This document shows positions 45,992-56,257 of a stretch of DNA of 64,000 bases, piece after piece. A program made the translations under genes and the position numbers. Positions within the stretch are counted from its first letter, which is position 1. Every line of letters begins with the position of its first letter. The stretch is taken from NCBI GenBank assembly GCA_965223545.1, contig OZ245006.1, positions 2,752,001 to 2,816,000 of the forward strand, read 5' to 3'. Below the pieces are notes generated by a model, which was not told the DNA's origin, made no database searches, and saw only the letters and a list, made by a program, of their open reading frames with translations. Origin of the DNA: Planctomycetota bacterium. Lineage in GTDB: Bacteria; Planctomycetota; UBA1135; UBA2386.

Positions 45992-48313
45992 TCAGGCCAC
46001 CGTCTCGACCGAGAGCACACGGAACGCCAGTGCGCGGCAGTCGTCCGAGACGCCCGCGGATGCGGGTACGAATGCGCGGTTGGCGGCCAAGGTGACCACC
46101 GTCGGAGTCAGCCGGCGCTGTGGCAACGACACCTCGAGCGAAAACCGCCCACGACGCCGCACCGCGCACCGGCCCACCTCGCGGCCCGCCACCTGGGCTC
46201 GCACCACCAAACGGCGGGGAAACGGCCAGAACGGGCTCTCGCCGATGACCCGCACCCGAGCGGCATCACCGTCGACCAACAGGGTGGTCAACGGACCGGC
46301 CCAGCCGTCGCCGTACGGTGGCGCCGGAACCTTGACCCGATGGCGGCGCATGCGCCAGCTCGCCAGAACCCGCGCCAGCGGACGCGGCACGATCCACGGC
46401 ACCCGCCGGGCCAGTCGGCTGCACCGGTGGTGCAGGTAGCCCGCCAACCACTCGTGGTGCACATAGCCGAAGTGCCGTCGGGCCACCCGCAGCACCTCGT
46501 CGTAGATGCCATCGCGCTGCGCCACCGTCTTGGCCGCGGAGTGCAACCGGTAGGTCGCCAGCACCCGGTCGAGGTGCACGGCGTCGTAGTGGGTGGCGAA
46601 GCGGATCCACAGGTCGTAGTCGAACGCGTAGCGCAGGCTCGGATCGGGAAGGTCGATGACGTCGAACACCTCGCGCCGCAAGAACGTCGCCGGCTGGCAC
46701 ACGAAGCAGTTGCCGGCCAGCGCGGTGCGCGAGAACCGAGGACGGGTGGGGTAGCGGCCGATCGGCACACCGGCCGCATCGGTGTAGTCGGCCTCGCCAT
46801 ACACCATCGCCGCCTCGGGGTGGCGCGCGAGCGCGTCGACGGCCGCCCTGACCGCGCCAGGCCGATAGGTGTCGTCGCTGTTGAGCCAAGCCACGACCTC
46901 GGCCCGCGACGCGCGCAGCGCCGCGGTGATCGCGGCGGCGTGCCCGCCATCGGGCGCCGACCACCAGCGCACGCGATCCCCGTAGCTCTCGAGCATCCGC
47001 AGCGTAGCGTCGGTGGAACCGCCGTCGGCGACCGCGTACTCGAGGTCGGGATAGTCTTGCGCCAACACGGACTCGATGGCGGCCGGCAAGTAGGCCGCCT
47101 GGTTGAGCGACGGCGTCACCACGAACACCCGCGGGCGCCAGCGCCGTGCGGCGGCGGCCAATGGCTCGGCGGGCGGCACGCCGGCGGCGTCGAGCAGCAC
47201 CCGCGCCAAGGTCCGCGCCGCAGCGCGGTAGCTGAACCGCGCCGCCCGGCGCCGGCCGCGGTCGACCCGCTGCCGGGTCGCCGCCGACGGCCGCGTGGCC
47301 GCGCGGATCGCGGCGGCGATCGACGCCGGCGACGCGGGATCGAACCACACCGCGGCGTCGCCCGCCACTTCGGGCAAGCTCGTCATCTGCGCGGCGGCGA
47401 GTGGCACGCCGCGCTGCATCGCCTCCAGCGCCGGCAAGCCGAACCCCTCGAACAAACTCGGCACCACCACCGCGGCGGCGCCGTCGTACAGCGCGGCCAA
47501 GTCGCGCTGCGGCAACGTGCCCAGGCTGTGGACAAGGTCGGCGACGCCGAGCGCGCGGGCGTGGGCAGCGACGCCACTCGTCTCGAGGTCGTCCGCGCCG
47601 GTCAACACCAGCCGCGGCGCGCTGCCGTGGAGGGCGCGGTGGCGTGCCAACCCGCGCAACAGGCCGACGTGGTTCTTGTGGGGCCAAGCCCTCGCCGGAT
47701 AGAGCAAGTAGCCGGGCCGCAGCCGCCAGCGCGCCAGCACCCGCGCGCAGACTTCGGACCCCACTGGCGCACACAGGTCGGGGCTACAGCCGTGCGGCAA
47801 GACGACGACGCGCTCGGACGGCAGCTCGTAGGCGCGCTGCATGTGCCGGGCCGTGAAATCCGACGGCACCAGCACGCGTGCGCTGCGGTGCACGGCGACC
47901 CGGATCCCGGTCGCGCGGCGCGCCAGCTCGTCCGGAGCGAAGAACTCGGGATGCGCCAGGTGCTGTAGGTCGGGGATCGATGTGACCGCGGGCACCGGTG
48001 GCGGCGACGGCGCCAAGAACATCAACGGGCACCACAGCACGTGCTGCCGCCGCCAGAAGGCCGCGTCGGGCGGCGCCGCGCGGACCCGGTGCACTCCGCG
48101 CCAGCGCGCGACCTCGTCGTGGCCGGCGGGGCCGGTCAGCGCGGTGACCACCAAGTGGTTGCCCCGTTCCTCGGCCAGCGCGTCGAGCAGGTCGCGAGTG
48201 ACGTTCTCGATCCCGCCGATGCGCCCCGGCACCAGCGCGCGGAGCTGCACCGTGACCGCCAGCCGGCCGCCGCCGTCGGAACGCGCGTCCTGCACCATCG
48301 TGAGCACCGACAT
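45992..48313 (-). CDS. GT4-GT2 bifunctional glycosyltransferase
   Basis: HKNH and EGFGLPALEAM (GT4), then VVTPSLNQ, DGGSTD, WLNSDD (GT2). Confidence 0.9.
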   Translation of the reverse strand: MSVLTMVQDARSDGGGRLAVTVQLRALVPGRIGGIENVTRDLLDALAEERGNHLVVTALTGPAGHDEVARWRGVHRVRAAPPDAAFWRRQHVLWCPLMFLAPSPPPVPAVTSIPDLQHLAHPEFFAPDELARRATGIRVAVHRSARVLVPSDFTARHMQRAYELPSERVVVLPHGCSPDLCAPVGSEVCARVLARWRLRPGYLLYPARAWPHKNHVGLLRGLARHRALHGSAPRLVLTGADDLETSGVAAHARALGVADLVHSLGTLPQRDLAALYDGAAAVVVPSLFEGFGLPALEAMQRGVPLAAAQMTSLPEVAGDAAVWFDPASPASIAAAIRAATRPSAATRQRVDRGRRRAARFSYRAAARTLARVLLDAAGVPPAEPLAAAARRWRPRVFVVTPSLNQAAYLPAAIESVLAQDYPDLEYAVADGGSTDATLRMLESYGDRVRWWSAPDGGHAAAITAALRASRAEVVAWLNSDDTYRPGAVRAAVDALARHPEAAMVYGEADYTDAAGVPIGRYPTRPRFSRTALAGNCFVCQPATFLRREVFDVIDLPDPSLRYAFDYDLWIRFATHYDAVHLDRVLATYRLHSAAKTVAQRDGIYDEVLRVARRHFGYVHHEWLAGYLHHRCSRLARRVPWIVPRPLARVLASWRMRRHRVKVPAPPYGDGWAGPLTTLLVDGDAARVRVIGESPFWPFPRRLVVRAQVAGREVGRCAVRRRGRFSLEVSLPQRRLTPTVVTLAANRAFVPASAGVSDDCRALAFRVLSVETVA

Positions 48314-48366
48314 TTCAGCGCCAAGGCGGAACAAACGCCAGCAACGCCGCGGTAGCCTCTGCGCTG

Positions 48367-49080
48367 GTGCGGCTGTCGGTCGTGATTCCCACTTTTCGCG
48401 AAGCCAGCAAGATCGGCGCGGACATCGACGCCGCCGGCGACTTCTTGCGGCGCGACTTCGCCAACGCGGGTGAGATCGTCGTCGCCGACGACGGCAGCGA
48501 CGACGGCACTGCGACGCGGGCGGCCGCGCGCGCGGCCCGCGTCGCACCGGTTCCCCTGCAGGTTTTGCGCAGCGAGCGCAACCGAGGCAAGGGACATGCA
48601 TTGCGGCGCGGGGTGGCCGCCAGCCGGGGCGCCGTCGTGTTGACCGTCGACGCCGGCGGCTGCGTGCCGCTGGCCGACGCACACCGCGGCCTGGCGCTGC
48701 TCGCTCGCGGCGCCGACGTGGCGCACGGCAGCAGGCGCCACGCCGACGCCGAGATCGCGGATCCCGCGCCGTGGTGGCGACGGCTGGGCAGCCGCGCCTT
48801 CCGCCTCGTGCAAACCGGCCTGCTCCACCTGCCTCCCGAGCTGCGCGACACCCAGTGTGGCTTCAAGCTCTACCGCGGCGAGATCGCGCGCCCCCTGTTC
48901 GGCCAGTGCCAGACCGACGGCTTCATGATCGACAGCGAGCTGATCCTGCGCGCGCGCCGCGCCGGCCTGCACATCGCCGAGTTCGGCGTCCGCTGGACAG
49001 CGGACCGCGACTCACGATTCCGCCCCACCACCGGCAGCTGGCGCAACGCCCGCGAGCTCTGGCGCATCCGCCACCACTAA
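48367..49080 (+). CDS. Polyprenyl-phosphate glycosyltransferase (GT2, DPG-synthase-like)
   Basis: LSVVIPTFRE, DDGSDDGT, NRGKGHA, DTQCGFKLY. Confidence 0.88.
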   Translation: MRLSVVIPTFREASKIGADIDAAGDFLRRDFANAGEIVVADDGSDDGTATRAAARAARVAPVPLQVLRSERNRGKGHALRRGVAASRGAVVLTVDAGGCVPLADAHRGLALLARGADVAHGSRRHADAEIADPAPWWRRLGSRAFRLVQTGLLHLPPELRDTQCGFKLYRGEIARPLFGQCQTDGFMIDSELILRARRAGLHIAEFGVRWTADRDSRFRPTTGSWRNARELWRIRHH

Positions 49081-49082
49081 CG

Positions 49083-49117
49083 AACGTACGGAGTCAGGCT
49101 CGATTTTCTCGCTTCGC
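49083..49117 (+). repeat. Single-arm copy of the intergenic repeat family
   Basis: 33/35 identical to the left arm of the palindrome at 61336. Confidence 0.85.
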
Positions 49118-49199
49118 CGCCCCCCACCCGGAACCGGCCGACCCTGGGTTCTCCCCATTCGGGTCACGCCCCGGGCTGCGAACCGCCGATGAATCGCCC

Positions 49200-50198
49200 A
49201 TGCGACTTCCCGTCACGATCCCACTGTGCTTGGCAACGCTGGTGCTCGCCAGCTGCGCCTCCCACGAGAGCTTCCGGGTCCGGGTTCTCCGGCCCGCGCC
49301 CGTCGATCTCGGCAGCCATTCGCTGGTGGCGCTGGACCGCTGGACGGGCGAGGCGCCCGAGGCTGTTGCCGACTCGTTCGGCGCTGCGCTGCGCGCCGCG
49401 CGCAACCCCCTGACCGGCAACCGCGACTTCGACATCATCGACCGCGCGGGGCTCGACGCGATGCTCGATCGGGTGCGGCAAAGCGGCGCCGAGGATTGGC
49501 AACAGCAGACCATCGCCCAGCTCGAGCGGTGGAAGTCGGCCGACCTCGTCGTGCGCGGCCACGTCGAAACGCACCGCTACACCGAGGAACTCCACGAACA
49601 AGACGTCACCGACGCAGAGGGCAACCCGCACACCGCACTGCGCCGGCATGGCTCGGCCACCCTGCAGGTCACCGTCGAAGCACTACAGGGTCCGCGCCAA
49701 CTGCCGTTCGATTCGGTGCGCTTGCAAGCCGCCTACAGTGCCGAGACCCACGCGCTCGACTCCGAGCCAGCGCCGATCGACCCGGAACCACTGCTGGCAC
49801 GAGCGCGCGACGACGTCGTCGGCCAGTACCTCCGGCGCGTACTGCCGCACGAGGACTGGGAGACCGTGATGCTGTTCATCGACGGCGATCTGCCGCAGCT
49901 CGACATCGGCAACGGCTACGCCAAGGCCGGTGATTGGCAACGCGCCCTGCAGAGCTTTGGCGAGGCGCTCGCCGCCGCCGAGGGAACGCTGGAGGAGCTG
50001 CGCTACAAGGCGCTGTTCAACTCGGGGGTCGCGATGCTGCGAACCAACCGCTTCAGCGATGCGCAGGAGATGCTGGGCGATGCCTACGCGCTGCATCAAG
50101 ACGAGCGCATCCTGGCCGAGCTGCAACGCGCGCGCCAAGCCGAGGCCGACCACGAGGCTCTACAGAACCAAGCCCGGCGCACCGCTGCGCCGCGCTGA
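49200..50198 (+). CDS. Lipoprotein with C-terminal TPR repeats
   Basis: Lipobox LASC; GNGYAKAGDWQRAL and ALFNSGVA TPR-like helices. Confidence 0.75.
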   Translation: MRLPVTIPLCLATLVLASCASHESFRVRVLRPAPVDLGSHSLVALDRWTGEAPEAVADSFGAALRAARNPLTGNRDFDIIDRAGLDAMLDRVRQSGAEDWQQQTIAQLERWKSADLVVRGHVETHRYTEELHEQDVTDAEGNPHTALRRHGSATLQVTVEALQGPRQLPFDSVRLQAAYSAETHALDSEPAPIDPEPLLARARDDVVGQYLRRVLPHEDWETVMLFIDGDLPQLDIGNGYAKAGDWQRALQSFGEALAAAEGTLEELRYKALFNSGVAMLRTNRFSDAQEMLGDAYALHQDERILAELQRARQAEADHEALQNQARRTAAPR

Positions 50199-50201
50199 CC
50201 G

Positions 50202-53200
50202 TCACGACCGGCGCGAGAACCAACGCATCATCGTCGCGGCCGACGCCTTCGCCAGCCGCGGAACGCGCGGGTGATTCATCACCCGCGTGTAGACCGGATA
50301 GGTCCTCGCCACCAGCCGCCATAGTCGCGTCTGCGTGACCCCGTCCAAGGTCGCGCGCAGCCGTGCACGCTCCGCCTCCAGGCGGGCGATGCGTTCGCGC
50401 AAGTGCCCCTGCGCCAACATCATCGTGCCGTTCGAGCCGTTGGTCGTCGGCGGGCCCGCGGCGCGCTCCGACTCCAAGAACGCGACGGCGGGAGCGTCGC
50501 CCGCCGCCTCGCCGAGCGCGAACCGCGGCGGCACTCCGAGCTCCTCGGCCAACCCCACGGCTTCGAGCTGGGCCGCGAAGCGCTGTCCGCTCGAGCGCAG
50601 CGACCACTCGTTCTCGACCCACTGCCGCCCCCAACGGCCGAGGTCGCGCCGCAGGGTGGGGTTCTGGTGCAGCCGCACCAAGGCCGTGGCGAGCGCGCCG
50701 GGATCGACAGCGTCCGCCAACAACCCACTGACTCCGTGCGCCACCGCCTCGCGCACACCACCTGCGGGGTAGCCGATGGAAGGCGTGCCGGCGGCCGCCG
50801 CTTCGATGAACACTTGGCCGAAGGTCTCGATCAAACTCGGGCCAACGAACACGTCGGCGGCCGAGTAGGCCATCGCCAAGGTCAGCGGATCACCGACGTA
50901 GCCGAGGCTCTTGACCGCGACGTCATCGCCGATCTCGCCGATGTCGACGTGTCCGACGCAGACCGCCAGCAAGTCGCTCAACCGCGCGCGCCGCAGGGCC
51001 TCCAACAAGTGCGCCAGTCCCTTGCGCTCGTCGCTGAGGCAAGTCGCCGAGAACAGCACGATGAACTTGTCCGGCGGCAAACCCAATGCCTGCCGGCACT
51101 CCATCGGATCGCGCGGCCGAAAGACGTCGATCTCCAGCCCGTAGCGAAGACCGATGATGCGCGGCGACGTCGCGCCGGGAAAGCACCGGCGCGCCACCGA
51201 CTCCGTCCACGCACTCACGCCGGCCAACACCGGCCCGCGCTCGGCGGCCAGCGCGGCCCGCTTCGCCTCGTAGGCCGGCGCGATCAAGGGCGGCTCCAAC
51301 ACGGGATAATCGTACGCCGTCGGACAAGTGTGATCGCAGTGCGACTCGAACTTGGTGCAGTCGCCGGTGTACGCGCAGCGCCCGGTCAACGACCACAGGT
51401 CGTGCATCACCTGCACGACCGGCCACCGCGCCGCGATCGCCCCCGGTAGCTCGGCGGGCAGACGCGCCGAATGCACGTTGCCGAGGACCACCAGATCCGG
51501 CTGCCGATCCGCGATCGCTGCGATCAGCTCGGAGACCGAGCTCTTCGCCTCGCTCAAGTGGGGCGCGATCGCCAGCGCCTCGACGCGCTGGCCAATCAGC
51601 GCCAACGACTTGACCAACCGCAGCTGCGCGATGCCCGCGCCACCGACCCAGCCCATGTCGTTGAAGAACACGACCCGCAGCGCGGCCCGGCGCGCCTCGC
51701 GCCGCAGCGCCGGACGCACGCCGGCAGCCGCGGCGAACGCGTCGCGCACTTTCGCCAACTCCGGCCCATAGTCCGCCTGACTGAACGTCTTTTGCTCTTC
51801 GTGCACCCGGTACTGCGCAATCGGCGCACCGATGACGTGGAGGCGCGCCCCGGCCCGGGCGAAGCGCAGCCACATCTCGTAGTCCATCGAGTAGTAGAGC
51901 GACTCGTCGACGCGGCCGCCGGCGCGCTGCCACAGCGCCCGCGTGAACATCACCTCGGGTTGGTAGAAGAACTGCCCGCGCGTCCACCTCCCCTCCAAGT
52001 CCAACAGCTGCTCGAGCGGCAACGGCCCGGCGGCGCAGCTGGTCAGGTGGCGGCCCGCCAGGACTCCGTCTCGGTAGAGCTCGCAGACGCCGCACACCAG
52101 ATCGGCACCCGAGGTGTGGAACGCCATCGCCATCGCGGCGAGCGCTCCCGGCGCGAGCCGATCGTCACTGTTGATCCAGGTGACGATCTCACCGGTAGCC
52201 CGCGCCATGCCCTTGTTGATGGCATCACTCTGGCCGTTGTCCTTCTCGCTGACGACGTAGCTCAGCCGCTCGGAGTAGCGCTCCAGTACTTCCGCCGTCG
52301 CATCCGTCGAGCCGCCGTCGATCACGATGTGCTCCACGCTGGGATAGCCCTGGTGCAGCACCGACAGAATCGTCTCCTCGATGAACTCGCCTTGATTGTA
52401 CGACGGCGTCACGATGGAGATCTTCGGCCAGGGGGCGCCACCCGGCAGGGTCGGCGGCAGCGCGGCAGTGCGCGGCGCCACCCAGGGCCACGCACCGCGA
52501 CCACCGGCACCGGGCACGTCAGCGCCACGGCGCAGGTCGCGGCGGGCGCGCGCCGCGGCCGCAGCCAGGGTGCCGTCGTCCTCGGCCCCGGTACACGCCG
52601 CGCGCAGGGCGGCAAAGGTCGACTCCGCCAACCGGGCGGCGCGGCCGCGACAGCGCGGCCCCGCCCGCAGCAACAGAGCTCCCCCGAACACGCCGACACT
52701 CTGGTAGCCGGCGATCGCGGCGCGCAGCTCGGGCGAGAGCTCGCCGTCGTGGGCGGCGCCGCGGCACAGCACCGGAACTCCGACTTCGACCGCGAACTGC
52801 AGCGCGCCCAACAGCGGCCGCGCCCCGGAACGCACCAGCTCGGCGCCGACGATGACCATGCTCGGCCCGATCGGCACCGCAGCTAGAAAGTCCGCGACCT
52901 CGCCGTGGAACACGACCGCACGGTCTTCGCAACCGGCCTCGACCAGCCGAGTCCGCAGCGCGGCGATGCGCTCGGAGGAAGGATCAACGGCGTAGTACTG
53001 CGGCGCCGAGCCCGCGCCGGCCGAACGAGCCCCCCGCATCGCGGCGAGCCCGCCGGGCCTTTCCAACCCGATCTCGAGGATCACCCGACCGCAACTCTGC
53101 CCCATCTCGAACAGCTTGCGGCCCACACCACCCACCGTGCCCTCGCCGCTCTCGAGTTGCGCCTCCGCGGCCATCTCGCTCTGCTCGTCCCCCTCCGGAC

Positions 53201-54134
53201 CGCGCGGCCAACTGCGCTGGAAGCCGACGTCCTCGTCGAGCGGCCACAGCTGGGTCGGCGGCACGACGCGCACCGGCATGCACGGTCCCGCGTCTGGCTC
53301 CGGGCGGTGCCCGGCGACCCGGCGCACTGCCTCCAGTTCCTGCCGCAGCGCCGCCAGGCCACCGCGGAGCGATGCCTCCTGCTGGCGCGCCTCGAACATC
53401 CGAACCCCCATGAGCTCGCTTTGCCGGCGGACCGCGACAGCGCTGGACTCGGTCGAGGTCTCCTGCCAATAGCCGAGCCGCGCCATCCAGTCGCCGTGAT
53501 AGCGCGCGAACAATCCGGCGGTCTCATCGTCGAGCAAGTTCTCGGGATCGACGTGCGCACCGCGGCGAAAGAACTTCGGACTCAGCCGCTGCAGTCCCTC
53601 GAAGTCGTTGTGCCAGTCACCCGTGGGTTCGATCCCGGCGAACTCCGCGATCCGCTCGATGGCCACCCGCGGCGTCCGCACGATCTCCTCGTAGCGCAAC
53701 AGCAGAGTGTCGGCGCGCCGTTCGGGCTGCCAGGCGTCGAGGTGACTCCCCCAACTACCGAACTGCGTGTAGCCGGCGACGACGTCGGCCATCGACAGCC
53801 GCGCGTCGCCGGCCACGAAATCCTGCAAGTACCGGTGGTAGGACGAGACCGCCGCGCGGCCGTCGCGCACGACGTAGATCGCCCGCTCGTCGTCGGCGGG
53901 CGCGTCGTGCGTCTTGACGAAGAACAGGGCCTCGGCCGCCCGCATCGCCGGGTACGCTTCCGCCCACGGACGGGCCAGGAACTCGTGACCGACCGCGTCG
54001 CGCAGCGCGGGATCGGCACCGATGTCGGTCAGGTCGTCGTAGCGAGAACAGCTCGACCGACCGAAGGCGGACCTGAGCACCTGGCGGAGCAGGGTGTTGC
54101 CCGAGCGCGGGTAGGACGCGAGCCAGATGATCAA
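50202..54134 (-). CDS. Multidomain sulfotransferase - coiled coil - (methyltransferase-like) - GT2 - GT4 protein
   Basis: TTG start overlapping the wzt stop; SYPRSGNT, KTH, RDGRAAVSSY, RYEE; ISIVTPSYNQ...WINSDD; ETFGQVFIEA. Confidence 0.85.
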   Translation of the reverse strand: MIIWLASYPRSGNTLLRQVLRSAFGRSSCSRYDDLTDIGADPALRDAVGHEFLARPWAEAYPAMRAAEALFFVKTHDAPADDERAIYVVRDGRAAVSSYHRYLQDFVAGDARLSMADVVAGYTQFGSWGSHLDAWQPERRADTLLLRYEEIVRTPRVAIERIAEFAGIEPTGDWHNDFEGLQRLSPKFFRRGAHVDPENLLDDETAGLFARYHGDWMARLGYWQETSTESSAVAVRRQSELMGVRMFEARQQEASLRGGLAALRQELEAVRRVAGHRPEPDAGPCMPVRVVPPTQLWPLDEDVGFQRSWPRGPEGDEQSEMAAEAQLESGEGTVGGVGRKLFEMGQSCGRVILEIGLERPGGLAAMRGARSAGAGSAPQYYAVDPSSERIAALRTRLVEAGCEDRAVVFHGEVADFLAAVPIGPSMVIVGAELVRSGARPLLGALQFAVEVGVPVLCRGAAHDGELSPELRAAIAGYQSVGVFGGALLLRAGPRCRGRAARLAESTFAALRAACTGAEDDGTLAAAAARARRDLRRGADVPGAGGRGAWPWVAPRTAALPPTLPGGAPWPKISIVTPSYNQGEFIEETILSVLHQGYPSVEHIVIDGGSTDATAEVLERYSERLSYVVSEKDNGQSDAINKGMARATGEIVTWINSDDRLAPGALAAMAMAFHTSGADLVCGVCELYRDGVLAGRHLTSCAAGPLPLEQLLDLEGRWTRGQFFYQPEVMFTRALWQRAGGRVDESLYYSMDYEMWLRFARAGARLHVIGAPIAQYRVHEEQKTFSQADYGPELAKVRDAFAAAAGVRPALRREARRAALRVVFFNDMGWVGGAGIAQLRLVKSLALIGQRVEALAIAPHLSEAKSSVSELIAAIADRQPDLVVLGNVHSARLPAELPGAIAARWPVVQVMHDLWSLTGRCAYTGDCTKFESHCDHTCPTAYDYPVLEPPLIAPAYEAKRAALAAERGPVLAGVSAWTESVARRCFPGATSPRIIGLRYGLEIDVFRPRDPMECRQALGLPPDKFIVLFSATCLSDERKGLAHLLEALRRARLSDLLAVCVGHVDIGEIGDDVAVKSLGYVGDPLTLAMAYSAADVFVGPSLIETFGQVFIEAAAAGTPSIGYPAGGVREAVAHGVSGLLADAVDPGALATALVRLHQNPTLRRDLGRWGRQWVENEWSLRSSGQRFAAQLEAVGLAEELGVPPRFALGEAAGDAPAVAFLESERAAGPPTTNGSNGTMMLAQGHLRERIARLEAERARLRATLDGVTQTRLWRLVARTYPVYTRVMNHPRVPRLAKASAATMMRWFSRRS

Positions 54135-55399
54135 GACCGCACCTCCGGTGCGCGCACGACGTCCACGTCGAGCGCCTGCAGCAGGTTGGTGATGCCGTCC
54201 ACCGCGATCCGGTCGATGACCGGGAACTTGACCGCATCGACCCGGCGCGCGAGGAACCGCTGCGTATCGGCGTACCGGCAACCACAACCGAAGAAGTAGT
54301 TGCCGGGGGTGAGGGCGAGATCCACCGTCCACCGCAAGGTCGCGACATCCCCGGCGGCGAAGGGCCCCAACCGACGGTCGAGCCGATCCGACGACACCAG
54401 CATCACCTCCACGCCCTTGATGGTCTTGATATGGAAGCCGCAGACGACCTCGTCGACATCGGCGTCGAACCGCACCGAATAGCAGAATCGGAGCTGCTGC
54501 TTCGAGTGCGCCGAGGGGATCCGCGCGCCACTCTCGTCCTCGAACCACATCTCCTCGATGCGGGCGGTGCCGTCGCCGTAGTCCATCGTGTCGTCGGTGG
54601 AGCTCTCACCGAAGTAGATCTTCTGCAGCACGTTGCACGCATCGCGCGGCAAACCCTCGAAGACCTTGCCGCCGCGGTGCAAGACCACACCGCGGTGACA
54701 GAAGCGCGTGACCGCACCGAGGTCATGGGTGACGAACAAGCACGTCGTCCCAGCCTCGAGCAGCTCCTCGATGCGCTGGTAGCAGCGGCGCCGAAAGCGC
54801 GCGTCGCCGACGCTGAGCGCCTCGTCGATGATGAAGACGTCCGGCCGCATCGCGACGAACATCGCGAATGCCAACCGCACCGTCATGCCGGACGAGTACA
54901 GGCGGACCGGGCGCTCGAAGAACGCGCCGAGAGCGGCGAAGGCGCGGATCTCGGGCACCCGCGCGTCGATTTCCTCGCGCGTGTAGCCCAGTAGGCCGGC
55001 GGTCTGCAGCACGTTCTGGTGGCCACTCAAGAGCGGGTTGAACCCGGTGCCCAGCTCGAGCAGGGACAGCACGCGCCCGTGCACCGAAAAGCTGCCTGCG
55101 GTCGGCGACAGCGTCCCGCTCAACAGCTTGAGAAGCGTGCTCTTGCCGGCGCCGTTGGGTCCGATGATGCCGACGCACTCGCCCGGCTGCACTTCGAGAT
55201 CGAAGTCGCGCAGCGCCCAGAACTCCTGGTACCGCGGCGACTGGCGTGGCCACAGCCAATCCCGCAAACGGTCGTACGGTCGCTCGTACAGCTTGAAGCA
55301 CTTGCCGAGACCCGTCGCGTGGATCGCCGGACCCGCGGCCACCGCCATCGGTGGCGGTGCGCGTTCGCCGGGCGAGGAGTGTCGGTGCGGGAGGGTCAT
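54131..55399 (-). CDS. wzt: Polysaccharide ABC transporter ATPase with C-terminal carbohydrate-binding domain
   Basis: GPNGAGKST, ELGTGF, YSSGMTVRLAF, IDEALSVGD, Wzt_C-like tail (YGDGTARI...LTPGNY). Confidence 0.93.
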   Translation of the reverse strand: MTLPHRHSSPGERAPPPMAVAAGPAIHATGLGKCFKLYERPYDRLRDWLWPRQSPRYQEFWALRDFDLEVQPGECVGIIGPNGAGKSTLLKLLSGTLSPTAGSFSVHGRVLSLLELGTGFNPLLSGHQNVLQTAGLLGYTREEIDARVPEIRAFAALGAFFERPVRLYSSGMTVRLAFAMFVAMRPDVFIIDEALSVGDARFRRRCYQRIEELLEAGTTCLFVTHDLGAVTRFCHRGVVLHRGGKVFEGLPRDACNVLQKIYFGESSTDDTMDYGDGTARIEEMWFEDESGARIPSAHSKQQLRFCYSVRFDADVDEVVCGFHIKTIKGVEVMLVSSDRLDRRLGPFAAGDVATLRWTVDLALTPGNYFFGCGCRYADTQRFLARRVDAVKFPVIDRIAVDGITNLLQALDVDVVRAPEVRS

Positions 55400-55404
55400 C
55401 GCTG

Positions 55405-56193
55405 TCAGAGAACGTCGCGGATCTCATGCCGCAAGCGGCGCACCGCCAGGCGCGCCACGACGACGACCGCGAGTGGCCAGGCGACCATACCCGCCCACGC
55501 CCACAATGGGGGCATGCGGTCGAAGACGAACAGATCGCGCACCGCCCAGATCGCGGGAACCAGCGGGTGTAGGGCGTAGAAGCGCGGGTCGAGCCACTCG
55601 GTGACCAGCTGCGCGGGGTAGACAATGGGTGCGGTCCACATCAACGCCGGCAACCAGGCCGCGATCCACTGCGCCACGTCGCGAAAGAAGACGTTGAGCG
55701 TGCCGAGCAGCAACCCGAAGGCGAAGCCGAGCGCGACCAGCGCGAACAGGGGGAACGGCAACAGCAGCCACAGCGGAGTCGGCACCCAACCCACGACCAG
55801 CGCCAACACCAGCAGAAGCGCGAAGCTGATGCCCAGGGTCAATGCCGAGGACGCCGCGATCTGCGCGACGAACACGTGCTCGGGCAACGGCAGCTTCTTG
55901 AGGTAGTTGGCGTTGGTCACGAACGAGGTCGCGCCACGCTGCAGACACTCGGCGAAAGCGATCCACGGGAAGAAGCCCGAGCACAAGTAGAAGGCGTAGG
56001 TCAGCACGCCGCGATCGACGTCGAGCGTCGGCCGCATCAGATTGGTGAAGACGACCGAATAGATCGCGATCGAGGCGAGCGGGTGGAGAACGTTCCAAGA
56101 CACGCCCAGGCCGGTGCCGGCATACCGATTGCGCACATCGGCGACGGCGCGGCTCCAAATGAAGCCGCGGTAGGCGATCAGGCTCTGCACCAT
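55405..56193 (-). CDS. wzm: Polysaccharide ABC transporter permease
   Basis: RYAGTGLG..W..LHPL, PW..F.E, LNVFFRD, PIVYP. Confidence 0.92.
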   Translation of the reverse strand: MVQSLIAYRGFIWSRAVADVRNRYAGTGLGVSWNVLHPLASIAIYSVVFTNLMRPTLDVDRGVLTYAFYLCSGFFPWIAFAECLQRGATSFVTNANYLKKLPLPEHVFVAQIAASSALTLGISFALLLVLALVVGWVPTPLWLLLPFPLFALVALGFAFGLLLGTLNVFFRDVAQWIAAWLPALMWTAPIVYPAQLVTEWLDPRFYALHPLVPAIWAVRDLFVFDRMPPLWAWAGMVAWPLAVVVVARLAVRRLRHEIRDVL

Positions 56194-56257
56194 GGTCGCT
56201 CGGGATGCTAACCCGCGCCCGCCGGGATCGGCAACTTGCCACTGCGCGGCACCATCG

